Below, one piece after another: positions 63,597 to 64,000 of a stretch of DNA of 64,000 nt. The translations under genes and the position numbers were made by a program. Positions within the stretch are counted from its first letter, which is position 1; every line of letters begins with the position of its first letter. The notes under the pieces are model-generated. The model saw nothing but the letters and a program-made list of their open reading frames with translations. It was not told the origin of the DNA and ran no database searches. Source of the stretch: Eledone cirrhosa (taxonomy: Eukaryota); the NCBI GenBank assembly GCA_964016885.1, contig OZ024744.1:19964001-20028000 (forward strand), written 5' to 3'.

Positions 63597-64000
63597 TATG
63601 TATGTATGTATGTATGTATGTATGTATGTATGTATGTATGTATGTATGTATGTATGTATGTATGTATGTATGCATATATGTATGTATGTATATATGTATG
63701 TATGTATGCATATATGTATGTATGTATGCATGTATGTATGTATATATGAATGTATGTATGTATGCATATATGTATGTATGTATATATGTATGTATGTATA
63801 TATGAATGTATGTATGTATATATGTATGTATATATGTATGCATGTATGTATGTATATATGTATGTATGTATATATGTATATATGTATGTATGTGTATATG
63901 TATGTATGTATGTATATATGTATATATGTATGCATGTATGCATGTATGTATGTATGTATATATATATATGTGTGTGTGTGTGTGTATATGTAGGTATGTA
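63597..64000. repeat. (TATG)n microsatellite, perfect then degenerate, ending in (TA)n(TG)n
   Basis: 19 perfect TATG units at 63597-63672, then TATA/CATG/CATA variants, and short TA and TG runs near 63957-63984. Confidence 0.95.

Noticed and set aside
63253-63993. 246-aa ORF with poly-T/N/D and MYVC repeats, plus reverse HTYI ORFs
   Set aside because: Direct translation of the AAC/AAT/GAT and TATG microsatellites.

Overview
Eukaryotic (probably invertebrate animal) repetitive DNA with no host gene that I can support. About 57 kb is one degenerate pentanucleotide satellite built mainly from CACTA and CACCA (minus strand TAGTG/TGGTG) and organised as a mosaic of 1-5.6 kb higher-order duplications. 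Two copies of one CR1-group non-LTR retrotransposon (LINE) sit inside it, both on the + strand: a decayed 5'-truncated copy (407-1021) and an apparently full-length copy (5589-10560). The long copy has a YY1-like 5' motif, an ORF1 with a PHD-like finger, Q-rich repeats, a coiled coil and an RRM-like region (broken by one in-frame TGA), an uninterrupted APE-endonuclease/reverse-transcriptase ORF2, a 3' stem-loop and an (ATT)n tail. The most notable signal is the ORF1/ORF2 junction: ORF2 has no AUG upstream of its endonuclease motifs, lies in the -1 frame, and ORF1 ends in a correctly phased G GGA AAC slippery heptamer directly before its stop. This suggests retrovirus-like programmed -1 frameshifting in a LINE (inference, untested). 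An empty-site paralogue within the satellite defines the insertion point. The window ends in AT-rich DNA with compound (AAC/AAT/GAT)n and (TATG)n microsatellites. The many His/Thr/Tyr-rich ORFs are translation artefacts of the satellite. All alignments were made by eye.
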